Shown piece by piece: positions 12,720-25,691 of a stretch of DNA of 64,000 nt. A program made the translations under genes and the position numbers. The stretch's first letter is position 1. The number at the start of each line of letters is the position of its first letter. The stretch comes from Heptranchias perlo. Its lineage: Eukaryota. The stretch lies in assembly GCF_035084215.1 (NCBI RefSeq), contig NC_090332.1, positions 13,516,001-13,580,000 of the forward strand, in the 5' to 3' direction. The notes beneath the pieces are model-generated. The model ran no database searches, had not been told where the DNA came from, and saw only the letters and a list, made by a program, of their open reading frames with translations.

Positions 12720-13683
12720 CTAAAAGAAAGGATATTATAAACAGATTACTGAAAAGTGAAAAACAGAAAGCAGTTATTGTTAACACATTATATTATGGTA
12801 CTGGTTGCGTGGAGTGGTCCAGTAATGATATTTGTGCTGTTTACAATATTTTAATGAAGTTCAGCCAATATGCCAGCAAGGTCCAGTCATTCGCAAAAAT
12901 CTCAGGGCCTGGTATATGTGTGGTGATTTCTATCTGCTGAGAAAGTAGACCCTGCCCCCTTCCCAACCACAAAAGAAATTATTAATTTTCTGCGAGCAGT
13001 TAACCAGCGAGAAAAAATGCTGAACAAAGGAGAGAAATTGGCTCCTCAGCATCAATTGGAAGCCCTTTAAAACAGAATGTGCACTCCCTTTGCCTGCAGT
13101 AAATATTTGAACAGTTTCATTTCAAAAGGGAGCCCACACATGAAGAAATGCTGAATGCCACCCTATGAAATATGATGTTTACTTTCAAAAGTGAGCAGAT
13201 GACACAATCACCTTCAGTGTGGAAGTGAAGTGGGCTGAAGCGGTACGTGATCACCATGACAGTACTTGCTTTGCTCCCACTCCAATTATATCCCCTCTTA
13301 TCCTGAAGGCTCTGATTTTTAGCTGCGATATATTTTCAACAATGCTGTTAATTGGGATTTTCCCTTCCGGCAAAACATGGGCAATGCCATGGCCAATTAC
13401 CCCATCTGAGATCAGACAGCCTAGCGGCACAGCATTTTGGAGCAGCAAACTGTCGGGCCATGGGATGTTGAAACATGGATGCGTGTCCACAGTTTTCCAC
13501 CCATGCTGCTGTGAGACCAGGTCTTTTGGCTGGTGGGGGAGGGGGGGGGTGTGGAGGTGGATGCCATAAAAAGATAGAAAGAAAGAGAGAAGAGGCAGGA
13601 ATATTATCCACAGGATGCCCCTGTGCACCATGCAGCAGCCAGTTCTGAGTCACACTGGCAGGAGGCTTGGGCGTTGTATCTGT

Positions 13684-15045
13684 ACATAGGAACATAGGAC
13701 ATTGGAACAGGAGTAGGCCATTTAGCCCCTCGAGCCTGTTCCACCATTCAATGAGATCATGCCTGAACTGTATCCTAACTCCATTTACCTGCCTTGGCTC
13801 CATATCCCTTAATACCCTTGGCTAGCAAAAATCTAACTATCTCAGATTTAAAATTATTAATTGAGCTAGCAGCTATGGGAGAGAGTTCGACACTTCTACC
13901 ACCCTTTGCGTGAAGAAGTATTTCCTAACTTCTCTCCAGAATGGCCTGGAGCTGAATTTAAGGTTATGTCCCCTTGTCCGAGACTCCCCAACCAGCGGAG
14001 AAAGTTTCCCTGTATCTACCCTATCAATTCTTTTTGAAATCCTAAAAACTTCAATCAAATCACCCCTTAACCTTCTATATTCCAGGGAATACAAGCCCAG
14101 TTTTATGTAACTTCTCATAATCTAACCCTTGGAGCCCTGGTAACATTCTGGTGAACCTGCTCTGTACTCTTTCTAAGGCCAATATATCCTTTCTAAGATT
14201 CAGTGCCCATAATTGTATATAGCACTCCTGATAGTCTAACCAGGGCTTTGTATAGCTGTAGCAAAACTTCCTCCCCTTTATATTCTAGCCCTTAGATATA
14301 AAGGCCAACATTTCATCAGCCTTTTTGATTATTTTTTGTACCTGACCACTACATTTTAGTGATGTGTACATGGACTCCTAAATCTCTTTGGACCTCCACT
14401 GTTCTTAACTTTCCACCATTTAAAAAAAACTCAGATCGATCCTTTTTTGGTCCAAAATGGATGACCTCACACTTACCTGCATTGAAATCCATCTGCCACA
14501 GTTTTGCCCCTCATTTAATCCATCAATGTCTCTTTGTAATTTTATGCTCCCATCTGCACTGCTTACTATGCCACCAATCTTTGTGTCATCAGCAAACTAG
14601 GATATATGGTTCTCTAAGTCATTAACAAATATGGTGAATAGTTGAGGCCCCAGCACAGATCCTTGTGGGGCACTACTAATCATTTCCTTACTCTCTCTTC
14701 TAACCAATCTCCTAACCAGGTCAATAATTTGCCTTCAATTCCATGAGCTTTAATTTTAGCCAACAGTCTCTTCTACATCCACAGACATTCCCTTTTCTAC
14801 TGCTTTAGTTACTTCCTCAAAAAATTCAATTAGGTCCATTAGACATGACCTACCCTTTACAAATCCATGCTGGCTCTCTCTAATCAGCTCAAATTTCTCC
14901 AAGTGCTGTGTCGCACTTTTTTTTAATTATAGATTCCAATAGCTTCCCCACAACAGATGTTAGTCTAACAGGTCTATAACTTCCTGGTTTCTCTCTCGCA
15001 CCTTTCTTAAATAATAGAGTTACATTTGAAATTTTCCAATCTAAT
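13684..15045 (-). mobile_element. CR1 LINE, 5'-truncated and internally deleted
   Basis: Minus-strand peptides [21 protein letters not shown] and DWKISNVTLLFKKGAREKPGSYRPVRLTSVVGKLLESII; 3' tail (cctatgt)n. Confidence 0.88.
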
Positions 15046-15333
15046 GTACAGTGCAGATGAGAGAGACCAGAAAACGAGACAATGTAAAACAAAGTGCTGC
15101 CCTACGTTTATACATAAAAGTGTTTATTCACAGTAATTTGGAGCAAACCATTGAGTAACACTGCTGAGCTGTTCACATGGCAACGGTGATACAGGTCTCT
15201 GCTCACATAACATTAATATAAAGTTTTCACTAAGCATTTTAGAAGATATGTAGTCTTGCATTACTGATCCAGCAGTAATGCAAGACTACAGACAAGTAAC
15301 CTCACAAAAACTTAAAAGAAATAATTCAATTAC

Positions 15334-15509
15334 CTGTCTTCCCATATACCCACAGGCCATATATGTGAGAATTGGCTGCAGCATGACTTGTACTGAAGTG
15401 GCTTTTTTGCTTAGTGTAGTCAGAATGCTGAAGAGACCATCACCAACTGAAATTGCATCTAAACCACTGTGGAAGTTCTCATGTTTAGTAAGATGTAATC
15501 CACTTGCAC
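15334..15509 (-). CDS. BIRC6: BIRC6 coding exon 32
   Basis: cag|GT GCA...CAG|gtaatt; ASGLHLTKHENFHSGLDAISVGDGLFSILTTLSKK...MACGYMGRQ; 176 nt. Confidence 0.95.
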
Positions 15510-15699
15510 CTGATTGGGAAATAAAACTCAACATGATCACCGTATCTTGGCTTCGACACATTTTTAGGACAGTAGAATTTGTGCAAACATTAAAATACAT
15601 TTTAAAAGTTATTTCATCAATACTATGATTCTGATTTTGTGCAGCTCATCAAAGATCTTTCTACATGGGCTGTATGATACTCATTTAAAATAAACGTAT

Positions 15700-16645
15700 G
15701 TGTGTTACCCGTGGAGTCCCCCAAGGATCGATCCTTGGCCCCTTCACATTTCCCATCTACAGTGATATCCTCCAAAAACACGTCACATTCCACACAGACG
15801 ACAGCGAGCTCTAACTCACCACCACCTCTCTCGACCCCTCCACTGTCTCTCATTTGTCACACTGCTTGTCCGACATCCAGTACCGGATGAGCAAAAATTT
15901 CCTCCAACTAAATATTGGAAACACCAAAGCCAGTGTCTTCTGTCCCCGCAGCAAATACTATTCCCTACCCACCGACTCCATCCCTCTCCCTGGCCACTGT
16001 CTGAGGCTGAACCAGACCGTTCGCAATCTTGGCGTCCTATCTGACCCGGAGATGAGCTTCCGACCACATATCTGCGCCATCAACAAGACTGCCTACTTCC
16101 ACCTCTGTAACATTGCCCATCTCCGCCTCTGAAACCCTTATCCATGACTTTGTTACCTCCAGATTCTACTATTCCAATGCTCGCCTGGCTGGCCTCCCAT
16201 CTTCCACCCTGCATAAACTTGAGCTCATTCAAAACTGTGCTGCCTGTATCCTAACTCGCACTAAGTCCCGTTCACCCATCAGCCCTCTGCTCGCTGACCT
16301 AGACTGGCTCCCGATCCAGGAACGCCTCCATTGTAAAATTCTCATCCTTGTTTTCAAATCCCTCCAATTCTGGCCTCTTGTGCATCCCCGATTTTAATTG
16401 CTCCACCGTTGGCAGCCATGCCTGCAGCTGCCTAGGCCCTAAGCTCTGGAATTCCCTCCCTACACCTCTCCGCCTCTCTCTTCTTTAAGACGCTCTTTAA
16501 AACCTACCTCTTTGACCCTCACCTGTCCTAATATCTCCTTATGTAGCTCAGTGACAAATTTTGTTTGATAACGCTCCTGTGAAGCGCCTTGGGATGTTTT
16601 ACTACGTTAAAGGCGCTATATAAATGCAAGTTATTGTTGCTGTTA
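15700..16645 (+). mobile_element. L2 LINE 3' fragment
   Basis: GVPQGSILGP-like start, CLSDIQYRMSKNFLQLNIGNTK, ETLIHDFVTSRFYYSNARLAGLP; 3' end aaggcgctatataaatgcaagttattgttg. Confidence 0.88.
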
Positions 16646-17020
16646 ATTGATATGCTAACAGTTTGTCAAGTGGCCTATTTACAAAATTTTATTTGGAACC
16701 TGTTCATTTAACAATTTTTTTAAAAACTAAAAATTCTGCTTCCATTTTCCAACCTTCACAGGGGGCCATCACAATGCACCCCCCCACTGGTAACCAGGAA
16801 TGCACAAGGTCTTTGTGATATTCATAACCAATGTCAATGACACTCTACAAATGGCTAGGAAGTGGCCAAATTACAAAAGTAAGCAGAAGAGGATCATCGC
16901 ATGCACTGCACATGTATTATGCTTACCAATACAATAGAATTCCATCCTACAGCATAGCTGAAAATTGGCTGAACTTAAGCAACAGACAGCCTCAAGTCTC
17001 ATGGAATCACACAGCAGCTA

Positions 17021-17850
17021 AATCATGGAAAGAGGTGGTTCGATGCAACTGGTCCGTGTTGGTGTTCATCCTCTACAAGAGCAGGAATCTCAATCCCATG
17101 TGCGCTCCCTTTTCCCGTATCCTTTTATCCCCCTTTTGTTCAACCATCTATTTGACCTATTCTCAAATGTTGACATGGTGTGCGCTTTAAGCACTAATTC
17201 CGGCTGTACATTTAACAGTCTCACAACCCTGTGTAAAAAAAATTTCCCCTGCTCTCTGTCCTAAATCCCATACCTCTAAGTCTTATATCTATGTCCTCTT
17301 ATTCTAGATGCCTCAACCACTGAAAATGGTTCCACTTTGCCCCACCCGTTCATAATTGTTAAACACAAATATCATCCTATAATCTTCTCTGTTCTAAAAA
17401 AAACACCCCCAGTTTTTGAATAATTTCTGCATTTTTGTATTCTCTCATTCCAGGCAGCATCCTAGTACCTTGGCGGCATGCTTTGTTTCCTCAACATCCT
17501 TCCTATACTGCGGAGCCCAAAACTGCATGCAGTAAGACCACAGTTGGAGTACTAAAGCTTTATACAGATTCATCATTACATCCAACTTTTATGTTCTCTA
17601 CCCCTTGTTAGAAAACCCAGTATTCCATTAGATTTAAAAAAAAAACGACTGTATACATGAGGTGTTGCTTTTAATATCGTATGCCTGAATCCCTCTGCTC
17701 TTCCATATCGACCAACCTTCAAGGCATGTTTACTTTTATTTTTGTTAAGACCCAAAACGTACCCACCTTACATTTACTGACACTGGATTCCATCTGCCAC
17801 GTTTTTGTTCATGCCACCATCTTATCCATATCCCCTAATTTCCTTTGATC
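17021..17850 (-). mobile_element. CR1 LINE 3' remnant (old)
   Basis: Antisense CR1 motifs (ggagcccaaaactgcatgcagta; ggattccatctgccac). Confidence 0.7.
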
Positions 17851-17997
17851 CTCAGAATCATTTACTTAAATTCCCAGTATTCAACTCCTCAGGAACCAAA
17901 TGGCAAGGTCATACTGATTACTTTTAATTAATTTAGTTGGCTCTACCTCAACAAAAAGTTCCCATCAAAGTTCAATCCAAAAATTTAAAATACCTAC

Positions 17998-18560
17998 CTA
18001 TTATCATTGCCATAGCATTGCTATTGCACTGGCCCAAAGCTGAAAGAATCTGACTCATGATTTGCTGATTTCCCAGTACTAAATCAGCAATACAAGTTGT
18101 TGCTCCTTGTGCAAAAGAGGTGCTTGCGTTCCCATCTTTACTGCCGGAGACCTTTTCCTCGTCAGACACGCTATCCGAGGCACTGCTGGCAACTGGTATC
18201 TTGGCACTGTACTCTCGGTTACTCGAAAGGGGCAACTGCACCAAAATGTTAACCAGCTTCAGCAGATCAAACATGAGTTGATCCCTTGTCGTCTCCCCAC
18301 ATACCGCTTTCACATCACCTGGACGGATGATATTTGCAAACAGTCCACCGAAACAGGCACGGGCACCAACTGAACTGTCGGAGCCACTTCGAGATATAAC
18401 CTTGTCAGAGCAGGTGATGTAATGATGCACTAAGAAAGTCACAGATTCGATGACCGCAGAGATTGCGCTGACAGAAACGGACTCGAAGTTCTGCTCCAGT
18501 GTAAACTCCAGGAGTTTAACTTGTGCATCCAGTGGTCCTTGCCCTGTTTGGAACGGGCCT
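17998..18560 (-). CDS. BIRC6: BIRC6 coding exon 31
   Basis: cag|A GGC...G|gtaggt; GPFQTGQGPLDAQVKLLEFTLEQNFE...SALGQCNSNAMAMII; 563 nt. Confidence 0.95.
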
Positions 18561-18889
18561 CTGGAGAGCATGTAAAGTTTAAAAGAAAAATTATTTTACA
18601 ATTCATGATTTGAGGATTGAAATTGGTCACCATGTTATCCAGCAATATTTTTTTTAAATCACATGCAATAGTTATACAACACTTGAGATAACAAAGTAAT
18701 GTATTTTTAATCAAGATGAAAACGTATATAGGAGCAATATTCTTTCACATGAATTGTGTCAGAATTTCTAGGCCAACTTGGCACTTACAGCATTTCCAGC
18801 CTGAGATTTTTTTTTCAGTTAATTTTATACTTCAGATCTTAACTACTGCGCACAGGATAGTGCTGCAGACAGAAGCATCTACTTTGTCA

Positions 18890-19308
18890 GTGAGGCTAAG
18901 TAGGACTAAGTGGTAGCACTCTCTCCTCCGAGTCAGAAGATTGAGAGTTCAAGCCCGCTCCAGAGACTTGAGCAGGTAACCTAGGCTGACACTTAAGTCT
19001 GCACTGTGGAGGTGTCATCTTTCAGATCAGTCATAAAACTGAGGTCCCATCTCCCTATTCGGGTGGACACAAAAGATCCTGTGGCGTTATTTGAAGAGCA
19101 GGGTATTCTGGCCAATATTTATCCCGCAACCAACATTAACTAGTCATTATCTCAATGCTGTTGGTGGGACCTTGCTGTGCACAAATGTCTGCGTTTGCCT
19201 AGAAAACGTAGTGACTCTACTTCAAAAAATAATTCATTGGCTGTGAAGCACTTTGGGACATCCTCAGGACATGATGCATTAATACAAAAATGTACATTCT
19301 TTCTTTCT
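18890..19308 (+). mobile_element. Deu-domain SINE (SacSINE1/AmnSINE1-like)
   Basis: tRNA-like head (gtggtagcactct..gagttcaagccc), Deu core (taggctgacact..gaagagcaggg..ggccaatatttatccc), L2-type tail gtgaagcactttgggac. Confidence 0.8.
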
Positions 19309-19469
19309 TGGGCTTGGCAGAGGAAAGAGACTGAGGCAGAGCAGCAGAAAACTAGTAAAATGTTGTCTTAATAATTTAAAGATTCATATTAATTACTTGA
19401 TCATTTGAAGAAACGGCAATATCTTACTAAATTTAGACTCTCTCAAAGTCTAAACCATTGTTTCATACC

Positions 19470-19895
19470 TCCCAACAACCCCTCAACCGGCCCCCCAATA
19501 TCTGACTGCCATTCCTTGCTCTGCCCAGCTGTTGCCTGTACCATCAATCCCCAGCCTATCTGGTGCCATTTGTCACTTACTTGAGAAGAAGCAACACTGA
19601 ATTCCAGTAACAGAAAAAGAGGAAACGCTATTAAGGTAGGGCCCACCCAGGTTCCACAATGCAATTGGAAAGTCTGCATTAACTATAGTGAGACCATGGT
19701 AACAATAGAAGTGGAGACAGGTCTGCCTCAACAGGAAGCATCACCAAGTCCCTGCACCAGCAACAACTGGGGAACAAAATGGAGGACAACAGGGGACTAG
19801 AGCTTAGCAAGTATTGCACATCTAAAATATGGTGAAAATAATGCTGTAAAAATTGCAGTAAACAGTCATCAGGTGTTCTCATACAAAATTACCCC
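19470..19895. mobile_element. Degenerate MITE-like element
   Basis: Ends caaaattacccc like the 9279-9639 terminus; attaaggtagg motif shared with the ~31.6k element. Confidence 0.3.
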
Positions 19896-20029
19896 ACTGT
19901 ATTTAAGTACACTGGGGAAACACTTCAAATCACTAAGTGAATGTTTAATCACTGCTTTCTGAATAAAGAATTAATTTTAGCCAAAAATTACTTTTTGTTA
20001 CCATAATTTTTGTTATAATAATACAAGGC

Positions 20030-20437
20030 ATCAGCCTGGGCTTCAGTAGGTTGTGGGTTCAAGTCCCACTCCAGAAACTTGAGCTCAAAATCTAGGCTGA
20101 CATTCCAGTGCAGAAGGTGCTTTCTTTCGGATGAGACGTTAAGCCACAGTCCAGTCTGCCCTCTCAGGTGGATGTAAAAAAAATGCCATGGGATATTTGA
20201 AGAGCAGCAAGGGAGTTTTCCCCAATGTCCCGGCCAATATTTAGCCCTCAATCAATATCACTACAACCAATTATCTGGTAATTTATCTCATTGCTGTTTG
20301 TGGGACCTTGCTGTGCACAAACTGACTGCCACATTTTCTACATTTTTTTTAAAAAAGTACTTAATAGGCTGCAAAGCCCTTTGGAATGTCCTGAGGTCGT
20401 GAAAGGTGCTATATAAATGCAAGTCTTTTCTTTCTTT
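20030..20437 (+). mobile_element. Deu-domain SINE (SacSINE1/AmnSINE1-like)
   Basis: B-box gggttcaagtccc; core ctttcggatgagacgttaagcc..ctctcaggtggatgtaaaa; tail gtgaaaggtgctatataaatgcaagt. Confidence 0.85.
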
Positions 20438-20545
20438 AATTTCAACCACAATGGAAAAACAACCTTTTTTAAAAAAATAAGTTAGCCCTAACATTGAGTC
20501 ATAAACCCATCTCATCACACATTTTCAGAAGAAAGCTTCAGTTAC

Positions 20546-20673
20546 CTTTCAGTTGAAAGTATATGTATAAGTTTTAACAGGAATTCACTGAACATTTGAG
20601 GATTGGTTGAGGAGAGATGCACCTGAAGTCGAGTGAGGAACTCCTGCATTGCTTGAGTAGCTGTTGGTCCAAC
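20546..20673 (-). CDS. BIRC6: BIRC6 coding exon 30
   Basis: cag|GTT...AG|gtaact; VGPTATQAMQEFLTRLQVHLSSTNPQMFSEFLLKLIHILSTE; 128 nt. Confidence 0.94.
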
Positions 20674-20809
20674 CTGAAAGGCAAAACAAAAAGAGGCTAA
20701 ACCTTTCTGTAAATGTAATTTGAAACTTGAAATGTAATTTCATTAAATCCCAAAGCTGCATCTGCAAAAATCACCCTGGTATTGTCAAATTAAGTTTATG
20801 CCATAGACG

Positions 20810-20955
20810 AAAGCTGTAGTATGAATATACCACACCACGTTCAAGAGCGACAATTCACTGTATGCTATGACATACTTCTTTTGCATCTTGTGTCATGGGA
20901 ACACCATCACCTGCAAGGTCCCCTCCAATCACACACTATCCTGATTTGGACATAC
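20810..20955 (+). mobile_element. Short fragment of the LINE family at 54954-56163
   Basis: catgggaacaccatcacctgcaaggtcccctccaatcacacactatcctgatttgga matches 55903-55961. Confidence 0.55.
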
Positions 20956-21542
20956 ATGAGAGAAATTGGGTGAGAAAGACAACTCCGCCCTTTACTTTTG
21001 TTCTATCCTTATAGTAAACACCATCTGCCAAAAGGAGGAGCTCTTCTGAAAACTGCCCCTCAGATTTGGCCACATTTTCAAAGACTAAGCTCTGGATGCT
21101 GTCCAAGATTTTTTTGATTACTTGAAAGGGAACTGCTAGGTTAACGTTTTTGGCATCCGTATGTCAAGCTAATTTTGGATGTCCAGTCAAAATATGACAA
21201 AATACTTCACGTTTTGTGTCAGAAATCGTTTCAACACTCAACTCAAAGGAGGTCAGATCCACACTGAAACCAAGCATCCACTGTAAGAATTATTGACACA
21301 CATTATGATGTGATCAGAGTGAGGGAGGTTGCAAAACAAGTCCGTCCAGCTATCATCTTCAGTGTCAGACTAGCTGCAGTTCACACCAACTGGTGCTGGG
21401 CTGATGTAGAGGGAACACTGTGCAAAGTCAATGCAATTAAAAAACATCTCTAATTTCGAAAAAAAAGCAGGACTTAAATTTAGTCCACAGACTAAAAAAA
21501 GGTAAGAAATATCAATCTTTGCTATAAAAGGAACTGCAAGTG

Positions 21543-22173
21543 AATGTCCTTTATTGCAAGGGGATTGGAGTACAAGGGTAAGGAAGTCTTGCTACAGTTG
21601 TACAGGGCTTTGGTGAGACCTCACCTGGAGTACTGTATACAGTTTTGGTCTCCTTATCTAAGGAAGGATATACTTGCCTTAGAGGCGGTGGAACATAGAT
21701 TCACTAGATTGATTCCTGGGAGGAAAGGATTGTCCTATGAGGAGAGATTGAGAAGAATGGACCTATATTCTCGAATTTAGAAGAATGAAAGGTGATCTCA
21801 TTGAAACTTAAGATTTTGAGAGGGCTTGACAGGGTAGACACGGAGAGGCTGTTTCCCCGGCTGGAGAGCCTAGAACTAGGGGGCATAGTCTCAGGATAAG
21901 GGGTCGGTCATTTAGGACTGAGATGAGGAAGAATTTCTTCACTCAAGGTTGCGAATCTTTAGAATTCTCTACCCTGGAGGGCTGTGGGTGCGCAGTCACT
22001 GAGTATATTCAAAACTGAGACAGATAGATTTTTGGACTCTAAGGGAATCAAAGGATACGGGGATCAGGTGGGAAAGTGGAGTTGAGGTCGAAGATCAGCC
22101 ATGATCTTATTGAATGGCGGTGCAGGCTCGAGGGGCCGTATGGCCTACTCCTGCTCCTATTTCTTATGTTCTT
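21543..22173 (+). mobile_element. CR1 LINE 3' fragment
   Basis: SFIARGLEYKGKEVLLQLYRALVRPHLEYCIQFWSPYLRKDILALE; tail ttcttatgttctt. Confidence 0.9.
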
Positions 22174-22254
22174 GTGTCCTGGACTAACATACCCAAGAAA
22201 ACCAGGGCAGATAAAAATAGCTGCTTTCTTCAACTGTGACAACTAAAAACCTTA

Positions 22255-22487
22255 GGAAAGATTTTCCTAGGTCTGCACCCAGATACAGTCAATCACCTGG
22301 GCGCGGCAGATATCGGAAAAAGCGGATGAGTTGGAACGCACACCTGTAAAAGAACAGTTTGCCATCCGTTAATTTAAATAAAAAGAAAATTGGGTAGGTT
22401 CCGTTGCAGGTGTGCACTTTGACATCAGATATCCCCTGTACCCAGATGATCCGGTGCATCTTGGCACAGACCCAGAAAAATCTCCCC
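22255..22487. mobile_element. Palindromic (fold-back) MITE-like element
   Basis: Outer arms ggaaagattttcctaggtctg / cagacccagaaaaatctccc; inner arms gcacacctgtaaaagaac / gttccgttgcaggtgtgc. Confidence 0.65.
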
Positions 22488-23715
22488 TCTTACTTTGCTG
22501 TATCAGTTGTTTCCAACACTAGCAGCTACAACATTGCAGCTCTGGTGACACCACTAGTTCCTAGTGTTGTACTGAAAGCCCAGCCGTATTTACATCTTTG
22601 ATTGTAACTCGGCACTACAACAGATTAGCACAAGAATGACCCACGACAGACTTACTTCCACTGCGATACTTAACCAGTACCATGGTTTAAACGGTCTCAA
22701 AACTACATTACCAACCATGGATTGAACTGTTTGTGAAGAACTAAGTGAAGAACATTCATACTCAAGAGTTCACTAACGTCTTCTGTGATTAAATCATCAG
22801 TCATCTTCATTGAAGACGAGCAGGGATAAAACTAGTCAGTTAGCATCTCATGGGTCAAGCCTGCACAAAAATGGTCATCTCCCCCAATGAGTTGAAATAT
22901 CAGGTGACATTATTTCCATTCATTGAAATACGATTACAGCAATTTTACTTTTTACTGCTACAGAATGTATCATACTGAGCATGAGGGGCTTGTCCTAACC
23001 TTGATGATTTTACAGGGACAGACTCAAACAATTTATTGTTGAATTGCACAATCAAGTATTGTAGCTCATTATGCTTCCTCTGCACACAGTGGTGTCCATC
23101 GCCTTTCCAAAGTTCTCAATCAAGCGTTATCACCATCAAAAGAACAAAGGAGGCTCATTCAGAAAATCAATATCAGCCCACACACAATGAAACAAGCAAT
23201 GATTGTGGTGCACAGGTTGGGAAAATAAACTCTTGCCTTCACCTTCAATGACAAAATTTAGAAAAAAAACCCCTCAATAACTGATTATGGGAAGGCACCA
23301 AGTCGAGGCTCAGCACTGGAGGGAGGAAAGAGTAGACAGACAGTCATTCCCAAACTATTCTTGCATGCCTAATCAGCCAATTTCAGAACAGCATTGGAGA
23401 GCCTGGGAGCAGATCATTTGCCTCAGCTAAAGATCTATTGGCTGGGGAGAGAAGGAACTTAAAATCTCACCAGGAAAAGACCATAACATAGGGAATGAAG
23501 CAAAGTTAACAGAAATTTAAAAGAAAATTAGACAAATAGGTAGACAAAAATTCAACAATACAGGGAATAAACAATGGAGCAACTGTCACATTGCCACATG
23601 AATCCTTATAAACAGATCAGAAATCTAGGACAAAATGAAAACGGCAACTATGCATTGAAATATAATGGGTTTTTTTTAAACAAATCTATTTCACAAACTG
23701 TAATAAATTAAGTAC

Positions 23716-23849
23716 CTGTGGGCTGTGTTGACAAGTGCCATGGGGGCTGGTTCCTGAGAAGAATCTCACTAATACATGAATCATGTTTGGATCGGACACC
23801 ATCACCTGCGCTGTGTTTTCTTGCAAGACCATACTATTGCTTGGAGCAA
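23716..23849 (-). CDS. BIRC6: BIRC6 coding exon 29
   Basis: cag|TT GCT...CAG|gtactt; APSNSMVLQENTAQVMVSDPNMIHVLVRFFSGTSPHGTCQHSPQ; 134 nt. Confidence 0.92.
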
Positions 23850-24944
23850 CTGAAACAGAAATCAAGCCTACAATAAAATTGTTGTTGACGTCATCTTCTT
23901 TAGAAATTAGGTAAGCATTTTAATCCAATTTATGTACTACAGATGCAACACTTCAGGAACTAGAATTACATTTAACTGAACTCTTTGTAAATTTAATATG
24001 GAAATACAGCAAGAATGTACGGCATTTATTTTACATAATAGTGCAAATGCCCTGTATTTCCCCTTGGTTTAAATTTGAGGTTCATTAATTGAAGTCTATT
24101 CTAATTTGCCAAAAGGGAAAGTGAACAGGCTGTTGCAGATACTTAGTAACCAAACCAAGGATTGGGTTAAAATCAACGATAAAAAGTTCATGTTCCTATT
24201 GGAAAATTAAACTTCCTATCACACCCGGGAGACAGTTTCAGTATTTTTTATACCTCCAATCAGTACACTATTAAACACAACACCTCTTTCGCTGGTCAAG
24301 ATTTCAACTTTTGCCACATTTCCTAATGTCATGCTCTTAATTTTCTGCATCTTGCCCCTTTCTTTCTTACAGGTCAATCTTCCTGTCACTTGCATGTATT
24401 CTTTACTTTATGCAATCTCTACACTTTCCTTTACTTCGACAGAATTGGAAACCAAGGGGAAGACCTGGGTCAGAAGACTGGAAGGTTGTCTTTTGCGTTG
24501 AGCTACTCATCAGAAACCCTCCATTCTCTGCCTTAGCTTTCTCCTTCACTCTGCTCCATTTGTCCCCAACCCATTTAAGCACCTTCTCAATTTTCTGTTT
24601 AGCAATTGTATAGAAACTGAGGCCACAATTCTAATAACATTAACTAGTAGTTGCTTTAAAATCTAAATTTTAATATATATTTCATCAGTGATGCACAACA
24701 TGGGAACATGTGTTTATTGAAAAATATGCAGTCTGAACTTGTGGGATTCCAGCCTCTTATTCATAATTTTATTTTCCAGTTGGATCACCCTCTTAAGCAA
24801 TGAAAATAAGGCAAAAGAGATTAAATGATTAAAAGGATTGGTTGAAGCCTGAAAAGGTCAAAGTTAATTTGTAAATATTCACAATTACACAAAAACTTGA
24901 ACTGTGATTTATTTTGAGGCGTGCAGGTGTTGATTCTTTATACA

Positions 24945-25395
24945 GTAACAGAATCATAATGTTATAGCACAGAAACAGGCGGTTCAGTCTAGCAAGTTTG
25001 CACCAGTGTTTTGCTCCATCCCCATACCCTTTACTATTTCTCTTTCCAAAGTGACTATCAAATTCCCTTTCAAAAGTAATTACGGTCTCTGCTTCAACCT
25101 CTTTAAAGGTGCTTTCTCTAACCGCCTCTTTAATAATTTCTGGGATTGTTAAATTTGCGCCTTCTGTTTACCATCGCACTAACCAATGGCAATAATCCAC
25201 TACTATTTGGCCCATCACAAGAGGCCTTCAAGGTCAGGAAGGGTTATCAGGTCACCCCTGAACCTTCTTAGCACCAACTTCTCAAGTCTCTCTTCACAAC
25301 AGTAACCAGTTATCCCCGCTAACATCTTAATGAATCTACACTGCACCTTTTCCATTGTTTTTATATCCTTTCAAAAACTGCAGCCTAAGCAGTGT
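24945..25395 (-). mobile_element. CR1 LINE 3' remnant (old)
   Basis: acagaatcat.. tail; tcaggtcacccctgaaccttct; gaatctacactgcacc. Confidence 0.6.
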
Positions 25396-25691
25396 ACAAA
25401 AGCTCATCATTACAGCCAAAGAAAGAAACTAAGACTGCAGCTTGTAGATTTTCAGAAGCACAGCTTGTGTCAGGAATATGTACCACATACTTGTAGGTTG
25501 GATAGATGTACAGTGTGCAAGAATCAAATGGATAGCTGAGGCTGCCTCTTATTCAATTTAGACAGGGTCTTAAAGGGTAGTGAATAAAATTGCTCCTCTT
25601 GATCCACAGAAATGAAAAAGTTACTCCAACTGTTTTGTATTACTTATAAAGAGGAAGGAGGAGAAATGCCAAACTTAAACGAAGTACTTAC

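Noticed and set aside
4379-18373. Plus-strand ORFs overlapping BIRC6 exons (4379-4714, 8340-8591, 11817-12170, 15278-15628, 18107-18373)
   Set aside because: Antisense shadows of stop-poor coding exons; no independent homology recognised.
22780-22830. C-box-like TGATGA on the minus strand suggesting an intronic C/D snoRNA
   Set aside because: No D box (CTGA) or terminal stem at the expected distance.
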